64,000 bases of DNA. It comes from an uncultured archaeon (GTDB lineage: Archaea; Asgardarchaeota; Thorarchaeia; Thorarchaeales; Thorarchaeaceae). The notes below the pieces were generated by a model. That model was not told the DNA's origin. It saw only the letters and a program-made list of their open reading frames with translations, and ran no database searches. Shown in pieces: positions 1 through 8,976 of the stretch. The position numbers and the translations under genes are program-made. The DNA is taken from NCBI GenBank assembly GCA_964458565.1, contig CAYWJO010000005.1, positions 52,375-116,374 of the forward strand, written 5' to 3'. Position 1 is the stretch's first letter. Every line of letters begins with the position of its first letter.

Positions 1-2
1 TA

Positions 3-719
3 GTAGGTTTTGCAGGATATGGTAATGTTTCAAGAGGCGCCCAAGAAGTATTTGATCTCTTACCTCATATTGAAATGAATCCTTCTCAACTCGAAAATCT
101 GAAACCTGACCCACATGTCATATACAAGTGTGTATTCAAAGAGAGCGATATGGTAGAGCCTATTGACGCAGAGATAGATTTCGATTTACAGGATTATTAT
201 AATCATGGAGCATCAAAATACAAAGGAATATTCAACAAGTACATTCCATATCTCACTGTCCTGATGAACTGTATTTACTGGACTAAGAAATATCCTCGCC
301 TTGTAACAAAAGAATATATCAAAAAGCATTGGTCCGAACCAAATAGACGATTGATTGCAATTGGTGATATCTCTTGTGATGTTGGCGGTGCTATCGAATT
401 TACTGTAAGATGTACATCTGCCGGTGAACCTGCATTTACCTATTCGATAAAAGACGACCAAGCAATTCTAGGAGTCAGAGGCGATGGTCCAATTATCATG
501 GCTGTAGATAATTTACCTTGTGAATTACCTAGAGAATCATCTACTTCCTTTAGTAAAACATTAGTGGATTTTATTCCAATATTAGCTAATGCGAATTATA
601 ATCTACCATTTGCGGAGTTGAATCTGCCACGCGAGCTAAAAGATGCAATAATTGTGTATCAAGGAACTCTAACAGAGAATTACCAGTATCTAAAAAAACA
701 TCTTGAAGAAGGTCAATAA
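3..719 (+). CDS. Lysine-ketoglutarate reductase (LKR/AlaDh-PNT-like domain), 5' partial
   Basis: Frame is open from the window edge (VGFAGYGNVSRGAQEVF). Contains NCIYW..YPRL, DISCD..G.IEFT and MAVDNLPCELPRESS, typical of the LKR half of AASS. Confidence 0.85.
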   Translation, partial: VGFAGYGNVSRGAQEVFDLLPHIEMNPSQLENLKPDPHVIYKCVFKESDMVEPIDAEIDFDLQDYYNHGASKYKGIFNKYIPYLTVLMNCIYWTKKYPRLVTKEYIKKHWSEPNRRLIAIGDISCDVGGAIEFTVRCTSAGEPAFTYSIKDDQAILGVRGDGPIIMAVDNLPCELPRESSTSFSKTLVDFIPILANANYNLPFAELNLPRELKDAIIVYQGTLTENYQYLKKHLEEGQ

Positions 720-721
720 TA

Positions 722-2038
722 ATGAAGACTGTACTTTGTCTTGGGGCCGGTCTCGTCGCTCGGCCGTATGTACAATATCTATGTAACAAAGGTTTCCATG
801 TTATGGTTGCCAGTCGAACAAAAACAAAGGCTAAATCACTCATAGAGGGATGCAAAAGCGCAGAGGCTGTCGAATTCAATATAAAAACGGATATTCAGCT
901 ATTGGATGAGTTAATTGCGGAGGCAGACTTAGTATGTTCTCTTTTACCCTATACTTATCATGTCAATGCTGCAAAGATAGCTATAAAGCACAAGAAGCCT
1001 TTCTGTACGACCTCATATATCTCACAAGAAATGATGGCTCTAGATGAGGAGGCAAAAAAAGCAGGTATAATTCTTCTGAACGAATGCGGTGTAGATCCAG
1101 GTATAGACCACATGAGTGCAATGAAGATAATTGATGACGTTCATAGTAATGGTGGAAAGATAATCAGTTTTACATCTTTTACTGGAGGACTTCCTGCTCC
1201 AGATGCTAACAACAATCCTTTTGGTTACAAGCTATCTTGGAGTCCAAGAGGAGTTCTTCTTGCAGGTAGAAATGATGCTCATTTTCTTCGAGATGGAAAG
1301 GACGTCAAAATACCTGGTCCAGACCTCTTTGATAATTACGAAATAATGGATGTCCCAGGAATAGGACAATTTGAAGGTTACCCAAATCGCGATAGTATGG
1401 CTTTCATTGAATACTATGGAATTCCCGAAACTAAAACAATGCTAAGAGGAACTCTCAGAAATATTGGTTGGTGTAAGACGCTCAAGACTATTGCTGATCT
1501 TGGTATATTAGATTTGGAAGAACGTTCTTTCGATGGAATGACATATTCAGATATGATAAAGGAACTTGTTTCTGCAGATTCCAATGATGTAATCGAAGCA
1601 GTATCTTTGTATACAGGTCTCGACAAAAATAATCCGATAATAGAACGGTTAGAATGGCTTGGTCTATTTTCCGATGTACTTATCCCCTCTGCTCTAAATA
1701 CAAGACTTGATTCTTTATGCCATCTATTCGAGGAAAAATTACAATATGCCTCAGATGAACGTGATATGATAGTTATGCATCATGAGTTTATTGCTGAATA
1801 TTCCGACAAGAAGGAAAAAATCACTTCAACATTGATAGACTATGGTATTCCAAATGGCGACAGTTCGATGTCAAGAACAGTAGCTCTCCCAGTTGCTATT
1901 GCGAGTAGATTAATCCTTGAGGGAAATATCTCTATGAATGGAGTTTATCGTCCAGTATTACCTGACATATATAATCCCATTCTCAGAGAGCTTGACCAAC
2001 TAGGTATAAGTCTAGAAGAAAATGTAATACCACTATGA
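722..2038 (+). CDS. Saccharopine dehydrogenase (glutamate-forming, Lys9/SDH-like)
   Basis: Rossmann GAGLVA, ECGVDPGIDHM, GGLPAP..NNPFGYKLSWSPRG, EGYPNRDS, RGTLR, MSRTVALP. Confidence 0.92.
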   Translation: MKTVLCLGAGLVARPYVQYLCNKGFHVMVASRTKTKAKSLIEGCKSAEAVEFNIKTDIQLLDELIAEADLVCSLLPYTYHVNAAKIAIKHKKPFCTTSYISQEMMALDEEAKKAGIILLNECGVDPGIDHMSAMKIIDDVHSNGGKIISFTSFTGGLPAPDANNNPFGYKLSWSPRGVLLAGRNDAHFLRDGKDVKIPGPDLFDNYEIMDVPGIGQFEGYPNRDSMAFIEYYGIPETKTMLRGTLRNIGWCKTLKTIADLGILDLEERSFDGMTYSDMIKELVSADSNDVIEAVSLYTGLDKNNPIIERLEWLGLFSDVLIPSALNTRLDSLCHLFEEKLQYASDERDMIVMHHEFIAEYSDKKEKITSTLIDYGIPNGDSSMSRTVALPVAIASRLILEGNISMNGVYRPVLPDIYNPILRELDQLGISLEENVIPL

Positions 2039-2073
2039 ATTGAAACTGATATATGAGGACCTAATCAGAGTCC

Positions 2074-2715
2074 CTATTGTTCACCTACACGAAGTTGTAT
2101 TGCAGCTAGTATCTCTTCAGATCTTATAGTTTCTTTTTGAACTTCTGAGAGTTCTGTCTTCAAACGATAGGTGTATCCAGTACGCTTTCCATATCTTTCA
2201 AGAGGTCCCTTACCATTATTCCACATTCGTGCTAGATAAGTCGAAGCGGTACTCTTTGGAAGATCCTCGACAAATGTAGTTTCATAAATCTCAGTAACAT
2301 CTAATGAAGAGAATTTACCATGCTTGAATGATGCATAGATTACTATCCGCATCTTTTCGTAGCTACTCATGGAATCAAATTGGATTTCTTCAATCTCGGG
2401 TTCAATAGGTTCCTCTTCAATCTCATCAAAGACATATCCAGTACTAGTTTCCAAAAACACTCTAAATTTAGCAAACATCTCCTCAACACTACTACTCTTT
2501 ACTTGAAAACTAGACTCCTCTCCTGTTGATTCATCCGATACAAGAATTTTGAAATCAAATGGGGATTCAGTAAGAGCCAAAATACGACGAAAGCGTGTCA
2601 ATGCTTCACCTGGATTAACATAACGACATTGAAAAATCTCTTGAGAGCCTGGGCCCGATCTGTATGTAAATTCATATACATAGTTTGTACGATAATCATT
2701 TTCCAAGCTTCTCAC
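2074..2715 (-). CDS. Hypothetical protein with C-terminal winged-helix DNA-binding domain
   Basis: C-terminal FSSLDVTEIYE...STASTYLARM...LERYGKRTGYTYRL has a wHTH pattern. Acidic linker. Two similar N-terminal beta-beta-alpha units. Confidence 0.6.
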   Translation of the reverse strand: MRSLENDYRTNYVYEFTYRSGPGSQEIFQCRYVNPGEALTRFRRILALTESPFDFKILVSDESTGEESSFQVKSSSVEEMFAKFRVFLETSTGYVFDEIEEEPIEPEIEEIQFDSMSSYEKMRIVIYASFKHGKFSSLDVTEIYETTFVEDLPKSTASTYLARMWNNGKGPLERYGKRTGYTYRLKTELSEVQKETIRSEEILAAIQLRVGEQ

Positions 2716-2740
2716 CTAGTTTCAATGTTTACTAAGATGT

Positions 2741-3178
2741 TTATTCACATCTACCTATTCTCACATCTAAATAAGTGTGAGTATGTGAATTACTAATACC
2801 TAGATAAGAACTACATAATGTGTCTGTAAGCCCTAGAGACACACCTAATCCATTTCACTTGTGATAAGCCGCATAGAACACTAATATCAAATTAATAAGG
2901 CCTATTAGAGCTCTAAATCAAAAAATAATACCTTTTTCCTTCTTTATCACTATTCACAAAATTATATGGTTTGTGAATAGCATGATACGCATATCATAAG
3001 TCTTTTTGCTTAGTTCCAATGGAAACGAAGGGGTGTCGCTATTCACATAGGCTAGCAAATCTATAGTATCTTCTTTCCCGTCAAAAAGCAGATTATAAAC
3101 TTCTTTTTAATAATCGATTCACAATTATGGCGCCATTCACTTCCTAAATATGTGAACTATTGTCAACAACGTGAATAG
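2741..3178. repeat. Array of (C/T)ATTCACA-like repeats in both orientations
   Basis: Copies at about 2741 (TTATTCACAT), 2783 (ATGTGAAT), 2950 (CTATTCACAAA), 2970 (TTTGTGAATAG), 3039 (CTATTCACAT), 3117 (ATTCACAA), 3134 (CATTCACT), 3150 (ATGTGAAC) and 3171 (GTGAATAG). The 2950/2970 pair is a perfect 11-bp inverted repeat. Confidence 0.8.
3013..3034 (+). promoter_or_regulatory. Origin recognition box (ORB) for Orc1/Cdc6; candidate replication origin
   Basis: GTTCCAATGGAAACGAAGGGGT matches the archaeal ORB consensus (TTCCAnTGGAAAC plus G-string). It lies in a 475-bp AT-rich intergenic region. Confidence 0.78.
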
Positions 3179-3189
3179 TCTATAATCAT

Positions 3190-4200
3190 CTATATTAATG
3201 GCAACATGAAATCATCTGGTCTTTCTCCAAGGATTAGATGTTTGTAAACATCACCAGCTCTCAAAGTAACCTCCTCTAACCGACCACATACTTCTACATT
3301 CATTCCACTCATTACATGTTCACCATATCGACCACGATAACTAACAATCTCTCTAAGGTCATTAATCTCATTACATTCTACCTGATATCGACTAGGCGTG
3401 TATATTGATTCAGAATCATCAACTATATGACAAACAACAGTACTAATTCCCATATTTTTGTATATACAATCCCCATATTGCCATTTCAAATCAGAAGGTA
3501 ATTTTACTAGTCTGATGAAGAAATCTATTGAATGATACAAGCCTTGAAGTTTTTTTTCTTTTTCTATTTTCATAAGGGTATCAAGATGCTGATTTTTTTT
3601 ACCCCATCGGAAAACTGTATGTTGTTTCAAAGTTTCTTCAGAGTATGACTTAACTTGATTTTCAGCACCCTTAATTTCTGACATAGCTTGAAATAAATTT
3701 CTACCTGCCTTAGATCCATATATTACCAAATCTATATCAGATTCATCATTACTCAAACCCACAAGCTGAGAACCAGTAACACCAATAGACTCCCATGATA
3801 TTCCACTATATTCCACTAAAATCTCTGCTAATTCAACAGTTGATTTCCGAATACTATTGAGATGTCCATTTCCATCTCTAAGATAACGTAATGCATCTAT
3901 CGGGTCATATATGATAGAAATCGACTCATCTGGTACTGCTTGCATATCGCGTCCTCGAATATCATCAAACCATATGTATTGCGGAGCATATTCTCGAAGA
4001 AATATTTCACGATCCGTCAGATATGGAAGTTTTCTGTAATTATCACCCCTTGTACTTTTACGATCTCCATCTTCATACGGGACATACCTCAAGTATGCTA
4101 TGATTCGATTCTTGGGATGTAATACACCTTTGACTTCGAAAATGTAGTTTTCATCAGTTTCAAGGAAATATCCTTCAATAGGATTCATCAATGTCATCAC
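3190..4200 (-). CDS. Predicted archaeal nucleotidyltransferase (COG1665-like)
   Basis: VKG.LHP...IAYLRYVP at the N-terminus, GVTGSQLVG...SDIDLVIYG Pol-beta-like motif, and a C-terminal OB-like VEVCGRLE. Confidence 0.8.
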   Translation of the reverse strand: MMTLMNPIEGYFLETDENYIFEVKGVLHPKNRIIAYLRYVPYEDGDRKSTRGDNYRKLPYLTDREIFLREYAPQYIWFDDIRGRDMQAVPDESISIIYDPIDALRYLRDGNGHLNSIRKSTVELAEILVEYSGISWESIGVTGSQLVGLSNDESDIDLVIYGSKAGRNLFQAMSEIKGAENQVKSYSEETLKQHTVFRWGKKNQHLDTLMKIEKEKKLQGLYHSIDFFIRLVKLPSDLKWQYGDCIYKNMGISTVVCHIVDDSESIYTPSRYQVECNEINDLREIVSYRGRYGEHVMSGMNVEVCGRLEEVTLRAGDVYKHLILGERPDDFMLPLI

Positions 4201-4259
4201 TAGAGAAATTATATGAATAGCATGATAATTAAAGCAGCTTGTAGCTTTAAATTATTATA

Positions 4260-5474
4260 ATGCCAGTCAATTTCGATATTAAAGCAGATTTTTCTATTTT
4301 CAACTCCAGCCCAAGTCTTGCTTATTTTGACTCAGCAAGTACAACCCTAGTGCCGAAAGTTGTTATTGATGCTACAATGAGATTCCTAATGGATACCGTT
4401 TCATCTTCTAGGAGAGGAGCTCATCGTCTAGCAACTACAGGTAGTGCCCAAGTTGAAACTGCTAGGTCTCTAATTGCACAATTTCTAGGATCTGAAATTT
4501 CTGAAATTTCATTTCAAGGTTCTGTTCCTTCTGCTGTTGCATCAATTATGTTTGGATATCCTTGGAAAGATATGCAGAAGAGCAAAGTTGTGATAGCTGA
4601 AAGCGAAGAGCACTCGATAATGGTATCGATGCTTCGAGCAGCTCAAATTCTCGAATTAGATATAGACTTCTTACCTGTTGAACAAAGCGGACAATTGAAA
4701 CTTGACAAAGTAGATTCGATAATTGATGAAAATACAGGCATTGTTGCTGTAGGAGATACTACAGTTGCCACGGGAACAAAAAACCCTATCAATAACATTA
4801 CGAAAACTGCCCATGAAAAGGGGTCTCTATTAATTACGGATATGACCAGAAGTCTTGATTTCTATGATAATCCTCTTCATTCATTGGAATCTGATGTCAT
4901 TCTCATTTCAGCTAATACAGGCTTTATGGCACCTCCCGGATTAATTATTCAATGGATAAAGCCTTCAATAGGTTTAGATTTCTTTCCTGGAATTCTTGGT
5001 GGCTCTTCTGTAGCTAGTGTTCATGGTAAATCCTTTGAAATCTCTCTACAACCTGATAAATTCGAATCAGGTATCATCAATGTTCCAGCAATAATTGGAC
5101 TTGGAACCTCTATCAACTATATCAATAAAATCGGTAGAAGGAATCTCTACAACCACATTCAGAATCTAATGCAAAATCTCATTTCTAGCTTAACAGAGAT
5201 CGAGAATATACACATTTATGGTTCTCCAACAATTGACTCATCGATAATGAGCTTCAATCTTGGGTCCGAAGATGAGATGAGCTGCCATGATATTGCATTA
5301 TTTCTTGACCAATACGATATAGCTGTAAGAAGCGGTTTTCTATGTGCACACCCTCTAGTATCAAAATTAGCTAGTGATGGAGTTGTACAAATCTCACTTC
5401 ATGGCTACAACTCTCTTGATGATTGCAGGCGTCTTGTTGAAACACTTCAAACAATTAGTAAAGATTTTCTATAA
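4260..5474 (+). CDS. Aminotransferase class V / SufS-like cysteine desulfurase homolog with atypical active site
   Basis: YFDSASTT, PDKFESG and IAVRSGFLCAHP are present. The SGHK PLP-lysine motif reads SANT. Confidence 0.8.
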   Translation: MPVNFDIKADFSIFNSSPSLAYFDSASTTLVPKVVIDATMRFLMDTVSSSRRGAHRLATTGSAQVETARSLIAQFLGSEISEISFQGSVPSAVASIMFGYPWKDMQKSKVVIAESEEHSIMVSMLRAAQILELDIDFLPVEQSGQLKLDKVDSIIDENTGIVAVGDTTVATGTKNPINNITKTAHEKGSLLITDMTRSLDFYDNPLHSLESDVILISANTGFMAPPGLIIQWIKPSIGLDFFPGILGGSSVASVHGKSFEISLQPDKFESGIINVPAIIGLGTSINYINKIGRRNLYNHIQNLMQNLISSLTEIENIHIYGSPTIDSSIMSFNLGSEDEMSCHDIALFLDQYDIAVRSGFLCAHPLVSKLASDGVVQISLHGYNSLDDCRRLVETLQTISKDFL

Positions 5475-5478
5475 GCCA

Positions 5479-5736
5479 TCATCCTAATGCAAACAATGGA
5501 GGATAGAGAACAAAATATTGTATTACTATTGCAAGCATGATTCCACTAAAAACAAGCCCTTTCCCTCTTGAAGTATTCACATCGGTGAACCAGAGAATAG
5601 CACCGACTAAGACAACAACAACTGCAGAGACCCTTCCAATGAAAATCAAGAAATCCCAGATCTCTGCAAAATGCATTGCTATCATATTTGCGAAATCTGA
5701 TAATGGACTAAGTATTATTGCAGGCATTGGTTTCAC
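5479..5736 (-). CDS. Small two-helix membrane protein (VirB2/TrbC/CedA1 pilin-like)
   Basis: Two hydrophobic helices joined by a short basic loop (LVGAILWFTDVNTSRGKGLVFSGIML). Confidence 0.5.
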   Translation of the reverse strand: MKPMPAIILSPLSDFANMIAMHFAEIWDFLIFIGRVSAVVVVLVGAILWFTDVNTSRGKGLVFSGIMLAIVIQYFVLYPPLFALG

Positions 5737-5771
5737 ACAAATATTTCATCTTGCGAACCAATTTAAAGTCC

Positions 5772-7595
5772 TTAAAGAACAGTCACTGATTTTGCCAAGT
5801 TGCGTGGTTTATCAGGGTCGTATCCTTTTCTGGTTGCCATATAATAACTGAATAATTGAAGTGGTACAATATATGCCATTACTGAAAATTCAGGCTCTAC
5901 ACCCTTGGGTACAACAAATGTATAATCTGACAGAGACTGCAATTCTTCATCGCCTTCCTCTATTACACTTATCACAGTCGCACCTCTTGCTTTCATTTCC
6001 ATAAGGTTTCCAATAATTCGATTTCGGGTATCATCTCGAGGCGCAATAAAAATCACGGGATAACCATTATCAACCAATGCTATAGGTCCATGTTTTGATT
6101 CACCAGCAGAATATGCCTCTGCATGATTATATGCAATCTCTTTCAACTTCAGAGCTCCCTCTTCAGCTGTTGCAATCGAAACACCTCGTCCCAGAAATAA
6201 TAAACTTGGAACATTATAATATCTTCCAGCGAGACTTCTTGCCTTTTCTTCATGAATTGAAATAACCTTCGACACAATCTCAGGTAATTTATTCAATGAT
6301 TCCCGTTTCTGGCTAATTACATCTGATTCTCTATATTTTGTTATATCTGCGAGCGACAGAGCAATTTGTGCTAGAGCTGTCAACTGAACCATAAACGTCT
6401 TCGTTGCCGCTACACCTATTTCTGGACCTGCTTGAGTTATGATTGTATGATCTGCAATTCTTGTAATTGAACTACCTACAACATTCGTAACAGCAATTAC
6501 TTTTACACCAAAGCTCTTAGCATACTTTACCGCAGTAATAGTATCAGTTGTTTCTCCGGATTGTGTAATAGCAATAATACAATCTTTTTCCGACAATGCC
6601 CCATAAACAGTATCAGAAAAATCACTTGCTAATTCAAATGTAGGCAATACTCCTGCTAATGATGCAAACATATGGCGTCCTGCAATAGCAGCGTGGCCAG
6701 AGGTTCCCATAGCGAGAAGGAAAATATTGTTCGAAGAACTAATCATCTCTGCGGCTCTAGCAATGATTTCGGGTCTCAATCTAAGTGTATTCCTAATCGC
6801 TTCTGGCTGTTCGTGTATCTCCTTCAACATAAAATGGGGAAATCCACCTTTCTGTGCTTGATCTGCTGTCCAACTAATTTTGATTGTTTCTCTTTCAATT
6901 ATGGAACCATCATCTAATTTCTCAATACTAACGCTATCAATACCAAGTGTAGCAATTTCTCCATCCAAAAGTAATATCATATCATTAGTCATCGGTAAGA
7001 ATGCAGGAATATCAGATGACACATATGAAACTCCATCTTTTCTTCCAATTACAAGTGGATTACCATCACGTGTACATACAATCTTATTTGGTTCGGTGGT
7101 AGACATCGCAACAATTGCATATGTACCCTCTATTCTCCCAGTCACCTTCTTCAGGGCTTCAGCAAGTCCCAATCCATCCTTAAAATAGTCTTCAATCATA
7201 TGTGGAATGACTTCCGTATCAGTTTCAGAATCAAACTTATGCCCCTTCTCACTTAGTTCTCTTCTCAATTCCAAAAAATTATCTATTACTCCATTATGAA
7301 CTACTGCTACTTCATTGTTGCAATCAAAATGAGGATGTGAATTATACAATGATGGTATTCCATGTGTTGCCCATCTCGTATGTCCTATTCCTATAGTGCC
7401 AGGTAAGTCATCCAAATTCAATTTTCTGTGGACCTCTTCAATCTTACCTTTGTCTTTCTTCATGAAGAGCTTCCCATCAGAAATAGTTGTAACACCTACT
7501 GAATCATAGCCCCTATATTCAAGTCGTTTTAATGCTTGATGTAGGAAAGGTGCAACCTCTCCTTTAGTTTGAACGACTCCAATGATTCCACACAT
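5772..7595 (-). CDS. glmS: Glutamine-fructose-6-phosphate transaminase (isomerizing)
   Basis: MCGIIG, LEYRGYDS, GHTRWATHG, SQ/TQSGET, C-terminal PRNLAKSVTV. Confidence 0.98.
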   Translation of the reverse strand: MCGIIGVVQTKGEVAPFLHQALKRLEYRGYDSVGVTTISDGKLFMKKDKGKIEEVHRKLNLDDLPGTIGIGHTRWATHGIPSLYNSHPHFDCNNEVAVVHNGVIDNFLELRRELSEKGHKFDSETDTEVIPHMIEDYFKDGLGLAEALKKVTGRIEGTYAIVAMSTTEPNKIVCTRDGNPLVIGRKDGVSYVSSDIPAFLPMTNDMILLLDGEIATLGIDSVSIEKLDDGSIIERETIKISWTADQAQKGGFPHFMLKEIHEQPEAIRNTLRLRPEIIARAAEMISSSNNIFLLAMGTSGHAAIAGRHMFASLAGVLPTFELASDFSDTVYGALSEKDCIIAITQSGETTDTITAVKYAKSFGVKVIAVTNVVGSSITRIADHTIITQAGPEIGVAATKTFMVQLTALAQIALSLADITKYRESDVISQKRESLNKLPEIVSKVISIHEEKARSLAGRYYNVPSLLFLGRGVSIATAEEGALKLKEIAYNHAEAYSAGESKHGPIALVDNGYPVIFIAPRDDTRNRIIGNLMEMKARGATVISVIEEGDEELQSLSDYTFVVPKGVEPEFSVMAYIVPLQLFSYYMATRKGYDPDKPRNLAKSVTVL

Positions 7596-7696
7596 TACTA
7601 GAAAGCCTCGTGTAGATATTATCTGTAGTTATTACAGATTATAGAATTAATAACATCTGAGTATAAGTGTTGATGTTGAACATCCAAGTTCAATTA

Positions 7697-8008
7697 TCAT
7701 CCCGTAAGTTCGATTTCAATATACACAGAATCAGGAATTCTGACACGCATAATCTGCCTGATGGCACGCTCATCCGCATCAATATCAATGAGCCTTTTAT
7801 GAACTCGCATCTCCCACTTATCCCAAGACTGTGATCCTTGTCCACAGGGTGTTTTACGAGTAGGAAGTATCATTCGCCTAGTAGGAAGTGGAATTGGACC
7901 TGCCATACGGACTCCTGTCTTTCTAGTAATTCGTCTTATTTGATTACAGACCCCATCGAGGTGCTCTGTACTTGTACTTGACAGTCGAATCCTTGCTCGT
8001 TGAGTCAT
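7697..8008 (-). CDS. rps10: 30S ribosomal protein uS10
   Basis: [30 protein letters not shown]. Confidence 0.98.
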   Translation of the reverse strand: MTQRARIRLSSTSTEHLDGVCNQIRRITRKTGVRMAGPIPLPTRRMILPTRKTPCGQGSQSWDKWEMRVHKRLIDIDADERAIRQIMRVRIPDSVYIEIELTG

Positions 8009-8186
8009 TTGAAAGCTATACTCCTATCTACTAGACAGTGACAGCCACGACTGATATTTGGATAAAAAGGTTGTCTTATGTGAGAAGAAGTTGAAGTCTG
8101 AGAAAGCGTATCAATAATAGAATCAGAAGCATAATTTCATTAACATTTCGAGAATATCCAGCAATGGGGTATCAAAATTAGCCGAC

Positions 8187-8972
8187 GTGACAATAGTCAA
8201 GCTTGGTGGATCTGTAATCACACATAAAGACAAATCACCACCTCAAATGAACAGGAAAGCTATTGTTCGTATTGTAAAGGAACTTGGCGTATCTATTGAT
8301 AAATTAGTCATAGTCCTTGGTGGCGGCTCATATGGACATCAACCCGCACATCTGTATGGATATGGGAATGACAAAACCCCGAGAAACAAATTGCTGGATG
8401 GAATAGGTCCTATTCATAAAAACATGATAGACTTGTCAATTCAGGTTGCGGATACCTTGAATAGATATAAAATCCGAACAGTAGTTTTCTCTCCTTTCAC
8501 TCATGTCATTATGCATGATGGAGCTGTTTCTGCTTATCCTACCGAACTAATAAAACGGTCTCTGAAATCAGAATATACAGTTCTTACACATGGTGATGTA
8601 TGTTTAGACGAAGTACGTGGGGCTTCAATACTGAGTGGGGACACAATAATTGTACATCTAGCTAAAAGCATTGGTGCAAGAAGAGTATTAATCGGAACTA
8701 ATGTAGATGGAGTTATGGAACAAAATCCAACAATAAATCCGGCTGCTAAATATATTCCCATAATTAGTCATACAAACATGAATGAAGTTCTTCATTCAGC
8801 TGGTCCTTCTGACACAACAGATGTCACAGGTGGTATGCATCGGAAAATAACAGAACTCCTTGAATTGGCAAAAACAAATACTGCTATTCACATCTTCAAT
8901 CTCTCAGTTCCTGGTAGACTGAAAGCACTATTACAAGGGCACGATACAATCTGTACTACCATAACTGTTTAA
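8187..8972 (+). CDS. ipk: Isopentenyl phosphate kinase (amino acid kinase family)
   Basis: KLGGSVITHK, GGGSYGH..A, HGDV, ILSGD, DVTGGM..K. Confidence 0.88.
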   Translation: MTIVKLGGSVITHKDKSPPQMNRKAIVRIVKELGVSIDKLVIVLGGGSYGHQPAHLYGYGNDKTPRNKLLDGIGPIHKNMIDLSIQVADTLNRYKIRTVVFSPFTHVIMHDGAVSAYPTELIKRSLKSEYTVLTHGDVCLDEVRGASILSGDTIIVHLAKSIGARRVLIGTNVDGVMEQNPTINPAAKYIPIISHTNMNEVLHSAGPSDTTDVTGGMHRKITELLELAKTNTAIHIFNLSVPGRLKALLQGHDTICTTITV

Positions 8973-8976
8973 CTTA

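Noticed and set aside
2741-3178. Bacterial DnaA-type oriC or CRISPR array
   Set aside because: All flanking genes are archaeal, no dnaA is present, most copies deviate from TTATNCACA, and the repeats are short and irregularly spaced with no spacer structure.
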